Source: Octopus sinensis (lineage: Eukaryota). Taken from it: 10,016 nt of DNA. The notes beneath the pieces were generated by a model. The model was not told the origin of the DNA and ran no database searches. It saw nothing but the letters and a program-made list of their open reading frames with translations. Shown here one piece after another: positions 1-8,643 of the stretch (positions are counted from its first letter, which is position 1; each line of letters starts with the position of its first letter). Position numbers and translations under genes: made by a program. The stretch spans positions 1-10,016 of the forward strand of contig NW_021827847.1 of NCBI RefSeq assembly GCF_006345805.1, given 5' to 3'.

Positions 1-1248
1 GTGTGGTGGAGTTGGTGATGAGTGGTGGTGGTGGTGTGGTGGTGGTGATTGATGGTGGTGGGGGTGTTGGAGTTGGTGATGATGATGGTGGGGGTGGAGT
101 GGTGGTGGTGGTGGTGGTGTGGTGGTGATGTGGTGGTGGAGTTGGTGATGATGATGGTGGTGGAGTTGGCGGCGACGGTGGTGGTGGCGGCGATGGTGGT
201 GGTGATGGTGGTGATGGCGGCGATGGTGGTGGTGATGGTGGCGGCGATGGTGGTGGTGATGGTGGCGGCGATGGTGATGGTGGTGGTGGTGGTGGTGATG
301 GTAGTGGTGGTGGTGGTGATGGTGGTGGTGGTGGTGGTCATGGTGGTGGTGGTGGTGATGGTAGTGGTGGTGGTCGCGGTGGTGATGATGGTGGTGGTGG
401 TCGCGGTGGTGATGGTGGTGGTGGAGTTGGTGATGGTGGTGATGGTGGTGGTGGTGGCGGCGATGGTGGTGGTGACGGCGCTGGTGGTGGTGGTGGTGAT
501 GGTGGTGATGGTGGCGGCGATGGTGGTGGTGATGGTGATGATGGTGGTGGTGGTGATGGCGGCGATGGTGGTGGTGATGATGGTGGTGATGGTCGCGGTG
601 GTGATGGTGGGGGTGGAGTTGGTGATGGTGGTGATGGTGGTGGTGGTGGCGGCGATGGTGGTGGTGGCGGTGATGGTGGTGGTGGTGGTGATGGTGGTGG
701 TGATGGTGGCGGCGATGGTGGTGGTGATGGTGGTGGTGGTGGTGGTGGTGATGGTAGTGGTGGTGGTCGCTGTGGTGATGATGGTGGTGGTGGTCGCGGT
801 GGTGATGGTGGTGGTGGTGGAGTTGGTGGTGGTGGTGGAGATGGCGGCGATGGTGGTGTTGGCGGCGATGGTGGTGGTGACGGCGCTGGTGGTGGTGGTG
901 GTGATGGCGGCGATGGTGGTGGTGATGATGGCGGCGATGGTGGTGGTGATGGTGATGGTGGTGGTGATGGTAGTGGTGGTGGTCACGGTGGTGATGATGG
1001 TGGTGGTGGTCGCGGTGTGGTGGTGGTGGGGTGAGTGGTGTGGAGTGGTGATGGAGGTGGTGATGGTGGTGGTGGTGGCGGCGATGATGGTGGTGGAGGC
1101 GCTGGTGGTGGTGACGGCGATGACGGCGCTGGGGTGGTGGTGGTGATGGCGGCGATGGTGGTGGTGATGGTGATGGTGGTGGTGGTGGTGATGGTAGTGG
1201 TGGTGGTCGCGGTGGTGATGATGGTGGTGGTGGTGGTGGAGTTGGTGA
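1..1248. repeat. Degenerate trinucleotide repeat (GGT)n with GAT/GGC/GGA/CGC variants and higher-order recurring blocks
   Basis: Almost entirely GGT/GAT/GGC triplets, with recurring blocks such as GGTCGCGGTGGTGATGATGGT and GGAGTTGGTGAT. The poly-Val/Met ORF 49-1146 is a by-product. Confidence 0.9.
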
Positions 1249-1315
1249 TACCGAAATACTACTAGGTGAAATTGTTGATTTATTAAATTAATTATATTTC
1301 ACCCTATATCTGTAA

Positions 1316-1317
<2 letters not shown>

Positions 1318-1369
<52 letters not shown>

Positions 1370-1380
1370 GTATATATATA
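1318..1380. repeat. (TA)n microsatellite
   Basis: Direct reading. Many other (TA)n tracts occur, e.g. 3868-3931, 7241-7271, 7480-7569, 7808-7849, 8258-8331. Confidence 0.95.
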
Positions 1381-1586
1381 GTTAATCCAAACAGGAAAGC
1401 ACAAAAAAAACACAACAACGCAAGGACGTGGAGCAAATATAGTATTATTGGACGATAAGGAAAGAAGGAAAGAAGGAGGGTTTAACGTTTCGAGGGGAGC
1501 TCTTCGTCGGAAACATAGGAGAAGGAAAGATCCAGAGAAGGGAAGACAGAGGGAAAAATCGCCAACGGTACACCCGAGGTCACATT
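1381..1586 (-). mobile_element. ~205 bp interspersed repeat, PLE pseudo-LTR-like (family A, copy 1), carrying an HHR-like motif
   Basis: Reverse complement of 7031-7240 with scattered substitutions; flanked by (TA)n on both sides. Confidence 0.7.
1480..1514 (-). ncRNA. Degenerate minimal hammerhead ribozyme motif (core CCGACGA, U4C)
   Basis: Minus strand reads GUUU-CCGACGA-A-GAG-CUCCC-CUC-GAA-ACGU-U-AAAC. Confidence 0.45.
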
Positions 1587-1589
1587 TTG

Positions 1590-1609
1590 ATATATATATA
1601 TATACACAA

Positions 1610-1643
<34 letters not shown>

Positions 1644-2065
1644 GAGAGAGAGATATGGAGATATATATATATATATATGTGTGTGTGTGTATATAGATAT
1701 ATATTCATATATTCAAATTTGCGTATGAATATTAGAAGAAATATATATATATATTATATATATACATACACACACATACATACATATATATATATACATA
1801 CACACACATTTTTCTATGCATACATACATGTGTGTGTTTAATGCAACTTTGTATACATGAACAACTGACGTAAGCTGCATGTAATATGAAAGCCTGCACA
1901 TGCTCCCCCCCCCGCTATATATACACACATACGCACACACCCACATATATGTATACACACACACACACAAAATTCAACCATCCGTAAACACATAAGGAAA
2001 TGCTCCATGCTTGATCGCATCGTTTTGACATATGCACATATTATGCATATACAAATATACATACA
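1590..2065. repeat. Compound TA/CA/GA/TG microsatellite region
   Basis: Alternating dinucleotide tracts; ORFs here translate to YI/TH/CV repeats. Confidence 0.85.
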
Positions 2066-2846
2066 CTAACAGCATGCCCAGCGTGCCCCAGGTATGTTAA
2101 GAGCCCCTAGTAGGCAACGACTAATCCCAATCTAGTCCTTTCCCTCTAGGGAACGAAGGCGCATGTGCAGTGGCAATGTCTTCTCTTTCACTCCCAAATA
2201 CCTATCAAACAGCTATCGATAATTCCAACCCAACCAATTGCGTCCCCTAGACAGTCTGTGTTTGTGTTTAATACACAAATCGTTTGCTATGTGTGCCACC
2301 TATGATTTTAATTAACCGATTTTTTCCAGTAATAAAGTATCATATTGGAATCAAAAGGGCCATATAGCTCCTTGGACCAGACATGATGTTCGCTGTGAAT
2401 TTTAAAAACAATTCCTGCCAATTTATGAAAGATATTGTCGAAAATATGTCATCTTGAATTTGAACGCGATTTCCCAAAATGGCATGATTTTATCGATTTT
2501 TTTCTGATGGTAAGGTATTGTATGGAAAACTAACGTCAGAATTAAGTTTCTTAGAGTAACATTAAGCTTCACTATGAGTTTGGTGAAAACCGATTGCAAG
2601 TTGCGAAAACTACAACAGAAAATGTGTTGCATATAAAAAGCTTAGATTCTCGACCCCATGTCGAATTTATCGATTTTTTCAGAACTGGGGGAACTTTTCA
2701 AAATTCTCGCTGCGTTAGTTTTGAATTATGACATTGGGTTATGTGTGTGTCAAGTTTCATCAGAATCGGTTGAAAGCCGTGGTCAGGGTGAGGGTACAAC
2801 CTGACAGACACACAGACAGACAAACTGCCGTTTATATATAGAGAGA
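2066..2846 (-). mobile_element. Non-autonomous Helitron-like element, long copy
   Basis: Minus strand starts A|TCTCTCTATATAT and ends TTAG|T after a GC-rich subterminal segment. 2645-2846 is nearly identical to 3101-3311, and 2238-2268 matches 3067-3098. Confidence 0.6.
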
Positions 2847-2949
2847 TTTTGATAATATTAATTAATACCTAAAAGGTTTATATTCCCATGATGACAACTT
2901 GATTCGATCGATAATTTAAATAACGATCTTATCCTTATTTATATAAAAA

Positions 2950-3311
2950 CTAGCAGTATCGCCCGGCGTTGCTCAGGTTTGTAAGGGAAATAACTATAAA
3001 GCATTTTTAGATAGTTATAGCCAAAAAATACGAAAAAAATTTTTTGAGAGTAAAAAAAGGTGGAGTTGCGTCCCCTAGACAGTTTGCGGTTTGTGTTTCT
3101 GATTCTCGACCCCATGTCGAATTTATCGATTTTTTTCAGAACTGGGGGAACTTTTCAAAATTTTCGCTGGGTTAGTTTTGAATTATGACATTGGGCTATG
3201 TGTGTGTCAAGTTTCATCAGAATCGGTTGAAAGCCGTGGTCAGGGTGAGGGTACAACCTAACAGACACACAGACACGCAGACAGACAAACTGCCATTTAT
3301 ATAGAGAGAGA
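2950..3311 (-). mobile_element. Non-autonomous Helitron-like element, short copy
   Basis: Minus strand has a 5' TC at 3311 and a 3' CTAG at 2953-2950, sits between A and T, and has an imperfect hairpin CCTGAGCAACGCCGGG about 8 nt upstream of CTAG. Contains an internal (GACA)-type microsatellite. Confidence 0.75.
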
Positions 3312-3345
3312 TTTATATATTTACTTCGTCATTATGTTCACAGCG

Positions 3346-3585
3346 GTGGTATTTTGACCGTATTGCACGTGGAATTTAGACGAGTAATTAAACCGCTCGT
3401 GTATATGCGTACACAATGCTGGTGTTTACGTCCAAGTGATTTAGCGGTTCGGTAAAAATAAAAGACCGATAGAATAAGTACTAGGTTTACAAAGAATAAG
3501 TTCTGGGGTCGATTCGTTCGACTAAAGGCGGTGCCTCAGCATGGCCGCAGTCAGATGACTGAAACAAGTAAAAGAATAAAAGAAT
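3346..3585 (+). mobile_element. SINE 3' portion (octopus-type)
   Basis: ~3415-3585 is a diverged reverse complement of ~6382-6545 (GACCGATAGAATAAGTAC...GGGGTCGA...AAAGGCGGTGC...CATGGCC...GAAACAAGTAAAAGA); A-rich tail runs into (TA)n. Confidence 0.75.
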
Positions 3586-3701
3586 ATATATATATATATA
3601 TATTGGTAAAAATGGTAAGATAACAAAAGAATGAAAGAGACCTCAATATTATGTAAATAGAAGAATCTATCTGTAAAATAATATGTGACAATTTTTCAGA
3701 T

Positions 3702-3773
3702 GGCCAAAATAAAACTCTGAGTTTCGGATGCCGAGGTGGAAATCCACAACACCATCTCTTCAGTTATCGGGCC
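3702..3773 (-). ncRNA. Hammerhead-like motif with long stem II
   Basis: AUAA-CUGAAGA-GAUG..(GUGG AUUU CCAC)..CAUC-C-GAA-ACUC A GAGU-U-UUAU; stem I extends via GGCC/GGCC. Confidence 0.5.
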
Positions 3774-3840
3774 GAATAACTGAAGAGAAGGTGTTGTAGA
3801 TTTCCACCTCGGTATCTGAAACGCAGAGTTTTATCTTGGC
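3771..3840 (+). ncRNA. Hammerhead-like motif, more degenerate inverted copy
   Basis: GCCGA-AUAA-CUGAAGA(3780-3786)...GAAA(3818-3821)-CGCAGAGU-U-UUAU-C-UUGGC. Confidence 0.4.
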
Positions 3841-3898
3841 TACCGAATAATTGTCAAATATTACGTTTATATATATATATATATATAGTAATATATAT

Positions 3899-3931
<33 letters not shown>

Positions 3932-3997
3932 ATGGATGTATGTATTATGTTACTCAAAAAATATGAACTGGATTACGACTGAAAGATAAGAGTTTAT

Positions 3998-4255
3998 GTA
4001 AATTAGCCGCCATCACCTTCCGCACACCCTCAAGATGGCTCCGGTGTCTGTTGTATATTTTCTTCAGTGTGTCCCTGGGGAGAACTCCGAGCACCTTCTC
4101 GATCTTGGGCCCCAGCTTAGCCTTTGTGCTGCAGGCAGAGCGTTTGGTCCCTTTCTGAACCGCGCCTAACGCATAGTAATCTACTGGATTCCAATCGCAG
4201 GGACTTGGAGACCCTAAAACTGGGGCTGGCAAAGTCGTAGGAAATTCTCCGAGAA
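3998..4255 (-). pseudogene. Tc1/mariner-superfamily transposase C-terminal remnant
   Basis: SPSPCDWNPVDYYALGAVQK resembles the SPDLNPLDY..WG motif. Downstream ...LPRDTLKKIYNRHRSHLEGVRKVMAA matches the typical C-terminal RL.AV...GG segment. No N-terminal part is present. Confidence 0.7.
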
Positions 4256-4284
4256 ACAATCTGTGTCCTTATATTTTTCCCTCG

Positions 4285-4428
4285 TTACGCTGTGAGTCGA
4301 GGTCGACTTTGGCTGTCATCTTTTCACCCTTAACATGGATTATAAGAAGACAGTTGAATACAGGAGCCAGGGAATTCGACTTACCCTCACCACCGAAATT
4401 GCTGGCCCCGTGCCAAAATTTGAAACCA
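4285..4428 (+). mobile_element. Degenerate SINE fragment
   Basis: GAGGTCGACTTTGGCTGTCATC resembles GACGTCGACTTTGCCTTTCATC at ~6818-6839; similarity is patchy. Confidence 0.45.
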
Positions 4429-4438
4429 GTATTCAAAC

Positions 4439-4697
4439 GGAGTTAAGGTTATTTGCCAACATAACATGGTTGTCCTGGTTTAGGACGAATGTTGCTGTTA
4501 TTTAGCCCCAGGAGACATCGTCTTCAGCTGGCTATACGACACAATCTGTGTCCTTATATTTTTCCCTTGTTTGAAAATATAAGGACACAGATCGTGTCGT
4601 ATAACCAGCTGGAAACGATGTCTCCTGGGGCTAAATTACAGCAACATTCGTCCTAAACCAGGACTGCCATGTTATGTTGGCAAATAATCTTTGCTCC
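4439..4697. repeat. Foldback inverted repeat, ~124 bp arms, ~11 nt loop
   Basis: 4439-4562 is the reverse complement of 4574-4697 with a few mismatches. Confidence 0.92.
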
Positions 4698-4887
4698 AAA
4701 GTACTGTTGCTGAATATCTCTCCTTGTGAGATTTACAAATAATAATTTTCTTGTTCATAGATCAGTGACAAGTTGTCACTCTGAAAACTATGTATTTCGA
4801 ACGGGAATTTGTATTGTTCTGCTTTGTCCCCTCTCTGTACGATAATAATTATCTTGATAAAAAATTCACCTCTAGGAGAACAATTAT

Positions 4888-4932
4888 TCTGTGCTGAGGA
4901 AGGGAAATAACCCAGAAATCGCGATGCACAGA
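4888..4932 (+). ncRNA. Minimal type I hammerhead-like motif with palindromic stem III; non-canonical G at the cleavage position
   Basis: UCUGUG-CUGAGGA-A-GGG-AAAUAA-CCC-A-GAA-AUCGCGAU-G-CACAGA; stem I extends via AACAAU/AUUGUU. Confidence 0.55.
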
Positions 4933-5093
4933 TATTGTTTTGAGCTGAGTGGGGGTGCTAGATTCCCTTGTTCGAAAATATAAGGACACAGATCGTGTCG
5001 TTTAGCCAGCTGGAGACGATGTCTCCTGGGGCTAAATTACAGCAACATTCGTCCTAAACCAGGACTGCCATGTTATGTTGGCAATCTTTACTC

Positions 5094-5496
5094 TGGAAGA
5101 CCAGAGTAAAAGGTATAATGTCAGACACCATGACCTCTGGCACCGCCCTAACGAACTTCTTCAGATTCCATCTGAAGAGGAAGGTGGAGCTAGAGAAAAG
5201 GTGTCTGACAGAGTCTATATTCATAAAAAGATGGATGCGTGTAGCACGGATGCTGAGTGTGAAAGGCCCTGCATGAACACCCCATGATCACCTACCAAAA
5301 GGTTTCAGCTAAAATAAAAGGGCCCGTGGGGTCGGCTATCCTGTTCTTTTAACTTCATTTGTTTATTCTGTTTATTTGTCTTTATTTAATTTTCATTGTA
5401 AATAACCCATCCGATTTTATTGTAAAAAGTTCCATGTTGACCCCAAACATTGTATTGTCCCCATCTGTGTTAATCCGTATGGATAATAAAGAAATT
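5094..5496 (+). mobile_element. 5'-truncated non-LTR retrotransposon 3' end (L1/Tx1-like ORF2 C-terminus plus 3' UTR) with 11 bp TSD
   Basis: AATCTTTACTC is duplicated at 5083-5093 and 5497-5507. Peptide WKTR...FFRFHLKRKVELEK...FIKRW resembles an L1/Tx1 ORF2 C-terminus. T-rich UTR with AATAAA at 5485-5490. Confidence 0.7.
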
Positions 5497-5979
5497 AATC
5501 TTTACTCCAAAGTACTGTTGCTGAATATCTCTCGTTGTGAGATTTACAAAAATTAATTCTCTAATTAGTATTCACAAGTCCTCTTCTACACCATGTCAGC
5601 TAATTTTTTTTTTAAATGCAATTTTAAAATCCTTATGCTCTCCAACGCCGTTGACTGTTCACCAAATACATCCAGCTTTTCCTAGAAAAAAAAAAGGCGT
5701 AAAATTTAACCAGGACATTCTGTATTTCTAGGTCAGTCCTGATGGAGTAGGTGTGTGGCTGGTCAGTTATTACTTGGGGTCGAGGGGTGGCTTGAGGGAT
5801 GGCGTAGTTGAGGGGTCATGGTGCGGCTTTAATCTACTCCATCATCAGCACACCACCACCACCACGCCCACGCATTTTAGTATTAGTAACCGACGTCATA
5901 ACTTCACATTAATTAAGCGCTAATTGGGCTAATTAGACGAATATTTTCCTCCGTATATCCACTCCTCATATATATATAC

Positions 5980-6381
5980 GCCCTCCACCTCCGCTGCGTT
6001 ACCCCACTCTCTATCATCCATTTTATCTATCTTTAGCCACCTTCTCATCTTCCCCGTTCCATATCCCCACACACCCCCCGTCTCATCCATTCCCACCCCT
6101 TTCTCTATTATTCCTCTTCATTCCGTACACAGGGATATCCGCATCCACGTCCACCTCGTCCTTTCTCCTTTTCCTCCTCTTCCTTCTCCTACTCCTCCCC
6201 GCTTCCCCATTCTGTCTATCTCTTTGACACTCCACCCGTCTCACACTCTGTCTGTCTGCCTGTCTGTCTCTCTCGCGAGCAAGCTACCCACGCTTATTCA
6301 CGAGAAGAGAGGGTGGTACATCGCGCTCTCTCCCTCCCCCCTTCCCTCCCCACTCTCTCTCTCTCTGTTTTATCTCATATA
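5980..6381. repeat. Pyrimidine-rich low-complexity tract with (CT)n/(CTGT)n
   Basis: Strong C/T strand bias; short CT repeats at ~6250-6275 and ~6325-6366. Confidence 0.6.
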
Positions 6382-6744
6382 CTCTTTACTCTTTTACTTG
6401 TCTCAGTCAGTTGGCTTTGGCCATGCTGGAGCACCGCCTTTAATCGAGCAACTCGACCCCGGGACTTATTCTTTTGTAAGCCCTGTACTTATTCTATCGG
6501 TCTTTTTCGCCGAACCGCTAAGTAACGGGGACATAAGCACACCAGCATCGGTTGTCAGGCGATGTTGGGGGGACAAACACACACACACATATATATATAC
6601 AAATATACGATGGGCTTCTTTCAGTTTCCGTCTACCAAATCCACTCACAAGGCTTTGGTCGGCCCGAGGCTATAGCAGAAGACACTGGCCCAAGGTGCCA
6701 CGCAGTGGGACTGAACCCGGAATTATGTGGTTGGTAAGCAAGCT
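6382..6744 (-). mobile_element. tRNA-derived SINE (octopus-type), 5' end clipped
   Basis: Minus strand has a B-box-like GGTTCAGTCC, then CACCTTGGGCCAGTGTCTT, an internal TA/TG microsatellite, and a 3' region homologous to ~3415-3585. Confidence 0.8.
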
Positions 6745-6981
6745 GTGTTTAGCCCCTTGTGGGTAGTAAAGAAATAGGTATTTCGTCTGCCGCTACGTTC
6801 TGAGTTCAAATTCCGCCGACGTCGACTTTGCCTTTCATCCTTTCGGGGTCGATTAAATAAGTACCAGTTACGCACTGGGGTCGATATAATCGACTTAATC
6901 CGTTTGTCTGTCCTTGTTTGTCCTCTCTGTGTTTAGCCCCTTGTGGGTAGTAAAGAAATAGGTATTTCGTCTACCGTTACG
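6743..6981 (+). mobile_element. SINE with Nin/Deu-domain-like core in a 184 bp-period partial tandem
   Basis: B-box-like GAGTTCAAATTC and core GCCTTTCATCCTTTCGGGGTCGATTAAATAAGTACC; 6743-6797 is repeated at 6927-6981. Confidence 0.75.
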
Positions 6982-7030
6982 GTTTGAGCATAGCCACAGT
7001 CAACTAACTGAAACATGTAAAAGAGTTTGT

Positions 7031-7236
7031 AATGTGACCGCGTGTGTACCGTTGGCGATTTTTTTCCCTCCGTCTTCCCATCTCTGGATCTTTCCTTTTC
7101 CTATGTTTCTGACGAGGAGCTCGGCTCGAAACGTTAAACCCTCCTTCTTCCCTTCCTTCCTGAGCGTCCAATAGTACTATATTTGTTCCACGTCCTCGCG
7201 TTGTGGTATTTTCTCTTTGTGTTTTCATGTTTGGAT

Positions 7237-7240
<4 letters not shown>
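7031..7240 (+). mobile_element. PLE pseudo-LTR-like repeat (family A, copy 2)
   Basis: Inverted homolog of 1381-1586; ends GGATTAAC directly into (TA)n, as copy 1 does. Confidence 0.7.
7105..7139 (+). ncRNA. Minimal type I hammerhead ribozyme motif
   Basis: GUUU-CUGACGA-G-GAGC-UCG-GCUC-GAA-ACGU-U-AAAC: intact core, palindromic ACGU stem III, predicted GUU site at 7133-7135. Confidence 0.65.
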
Positions 7241-7275
<35 letters not shown>

Positions 7276-7478
7276 ATTAATCAGCCGAAATTTGCCATGA
7301 TGATTCGGTTTCTGACTGAAGATTGAAGGCTTCGAATGACCTATCTGTTTTCTGTGTCGTCCCTTCGTGTATTTCACAAATTTTTTTTATTCTATATTTT
7401 GACTTTTTATTAAAATCTTATGTATTGATTAAGTCTTTCCTTGTTTGTTTTGCAAAATAGTGGTTTTGTCTCTAATTA

Positions 7479-7580
<102 letters not shown>

Positions 7581-7710
7581 AAGGAACACACGTGCAAACA
7601 AGGGAGTCAGAGAAAGGCAGAATCCACCTATATCTGAACACTACTATGGAAGTATTCCGTAAAAAAACCTTTCTTCTAATTTTTCTAAATTTTTCTAAAT
7701 TTAATTATTT

Positions 7711-7760
7711 AATCGTTACAGTGAAAAGGTCTCAAATGACCGAAACCGGTACTGAAGATT
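7711..7760 (+). ncRNA. Degenerate minimal hammerhead motif (family D) within a ~240 bp insert between (TA)n tracts (7570-7807)
   Basis: AAUC..CAG-UGAAAA-GGUC-UCAAAU-GACC-GAA-ACCGGU-A-CUG..GAUU; the 5' core deviates from CUGANGA. Confidence 0.45.
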
Positions 7761-7802
7761 CACTATAAAATCATCTTAGCATTTTCTATTTTTGACTTGT
7801 TT

Positions 7803-7852
<50 letters not shown>

Positions 7853-8253
7853 GAAGGTATATTCCGTTAAGAACAAAGCAGTGAACATAACTGAGCTAGT
7901 TCACCCTTAGAATTATCAACTTGCCAGTAGTGTTACGATATACTTCTAAGTCTAGGTTTGGGCATTCGTCGTGTGTGAAAACAAAATTGAATAAGATAGA
8001 ATCAACAAGGAGTACGGTTGGACAGTTATTTTTTAATTAGAACACATGATTCGTTACAAGGTCTCTCTCTCTATCCGCTCAGTCGAAGTCGACTCTCGGT
8101 TACTCGATGGATCAGTGTCCTCCAGTCAGTTCTATCCTGGGACGCTTCTTTCAGATTGGCTATGTCCATTCCGGTATCACTCTTGATGGTGTCAAGCCAG
8201 CGGGTTCTTGGTCGGCCTCTTCCTCTCTTGCCACTGACCATTCCGTATATATG

Positions 8254-8331
<78 letters not shown>

Positions 8332-8335
8332 GAAG

Positions 8336-8388
8336 GAGCTTCTACAGGACTAGAACTGTTTCATTCAAAAGGAATCATCAGGAAGCCC
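8336..8388 (-). ncRNA. Type I hammerhead ribozyme motif (family E, inverted copy)
   Basis: GGGCUUC-CUGAUGA-UUCCUUUUGAAU-GAA-ACAG-UUCUAGUC-CUGU-A-GAAGCUC. Confidence 0.6.
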
Positions 8389-8460
8389 TGACTGGAGGAC
8401 ACTGATCCAACGAGTGACCGAGAGTCGACTTCGACTGAGCGGAATATATATATAATATCA

Positions 8461-8513
8461 GAGCTTCCTGATGATTTCTCTTGAATGAAACAGTTCTAGT
8501 TCTGTAGAAGCTC
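8461..8513 (+). ncRNA. Type I hammerhead ribozyme motif (family E)
   Basis: GAGCUUC-CUGAUGA-U-UUC-UCUU-GAA-U-GAA-ACAG-UUCUAGUU-CUGU-A-GAAGCUC: 7 bp stem I, 4 bp stem III, GUA site with predicted cleavage after A8506. Confidence 0.72.
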
Positions 8514-8601
8514 CTTCTATATAATAAATTAATTTACTCTGCTATTATTGAGTACCTTATTTACTGTGGTTAACCCCGACTCAACCGGGACCTACAAATA
8601 T

Positions 8602-8643
<42 letters not shown>

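Larger units (their letters stand above)
3679..3863. repeat. Long imperfect palindrome (~90 bp arms, centre ~3771) made of two divergent HHR-like motifs (family B)
   Basis: AAAACTCTGAGTTTCGGATGCCGAGGTGGAAATCCACAACACCATCTCTTCAGTTAT pairs with ATAACTGAAGAGAAGGTGTTGTAGATTTCCACCTCGGTATCTGAAACGCAGAGTTTT. Confidence 0.9.
4562..5558 (+). mobile_element. Partial tandem (period ~400 bp) repeat element with internal HHR-like motif (family C); second copy interrupted by a LINE fragment
   Basis: 4562-4747 recurs as 4963-5093 plus 5497-5558. Confidence 0.65.

Noticed and set aside
49-1146. 365 aa Val/Met-rich ORF
   Set aside because: Translation of a (GTG/ATG) triplet repeat; no domain content.
1288-2062. 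Several short ORFs with YI/TH/CV runs
   Set aside because: Dinucleotide microsatellite translations.
5908-5936. Cluster of TAATT homeodomain-like sites
   Set aside because: Short AT-rich motifs with no gene context or conservation evidence.
6690-6744. tRNA gene on the minus strand
   Set aside because: Only a B-box-like SINE head; no full cloverleaf.
6224-6766. 180 aa ORF
   Set aside because: Runs through CT repeats and an antisense SINE; no recognisable protein features.
7293-7340. Possible further hammerhead (ATGATGA...GAAG or CTGAAGA...GAAT)
   Set aside because: Core mismatches and no convincing stem I/III.
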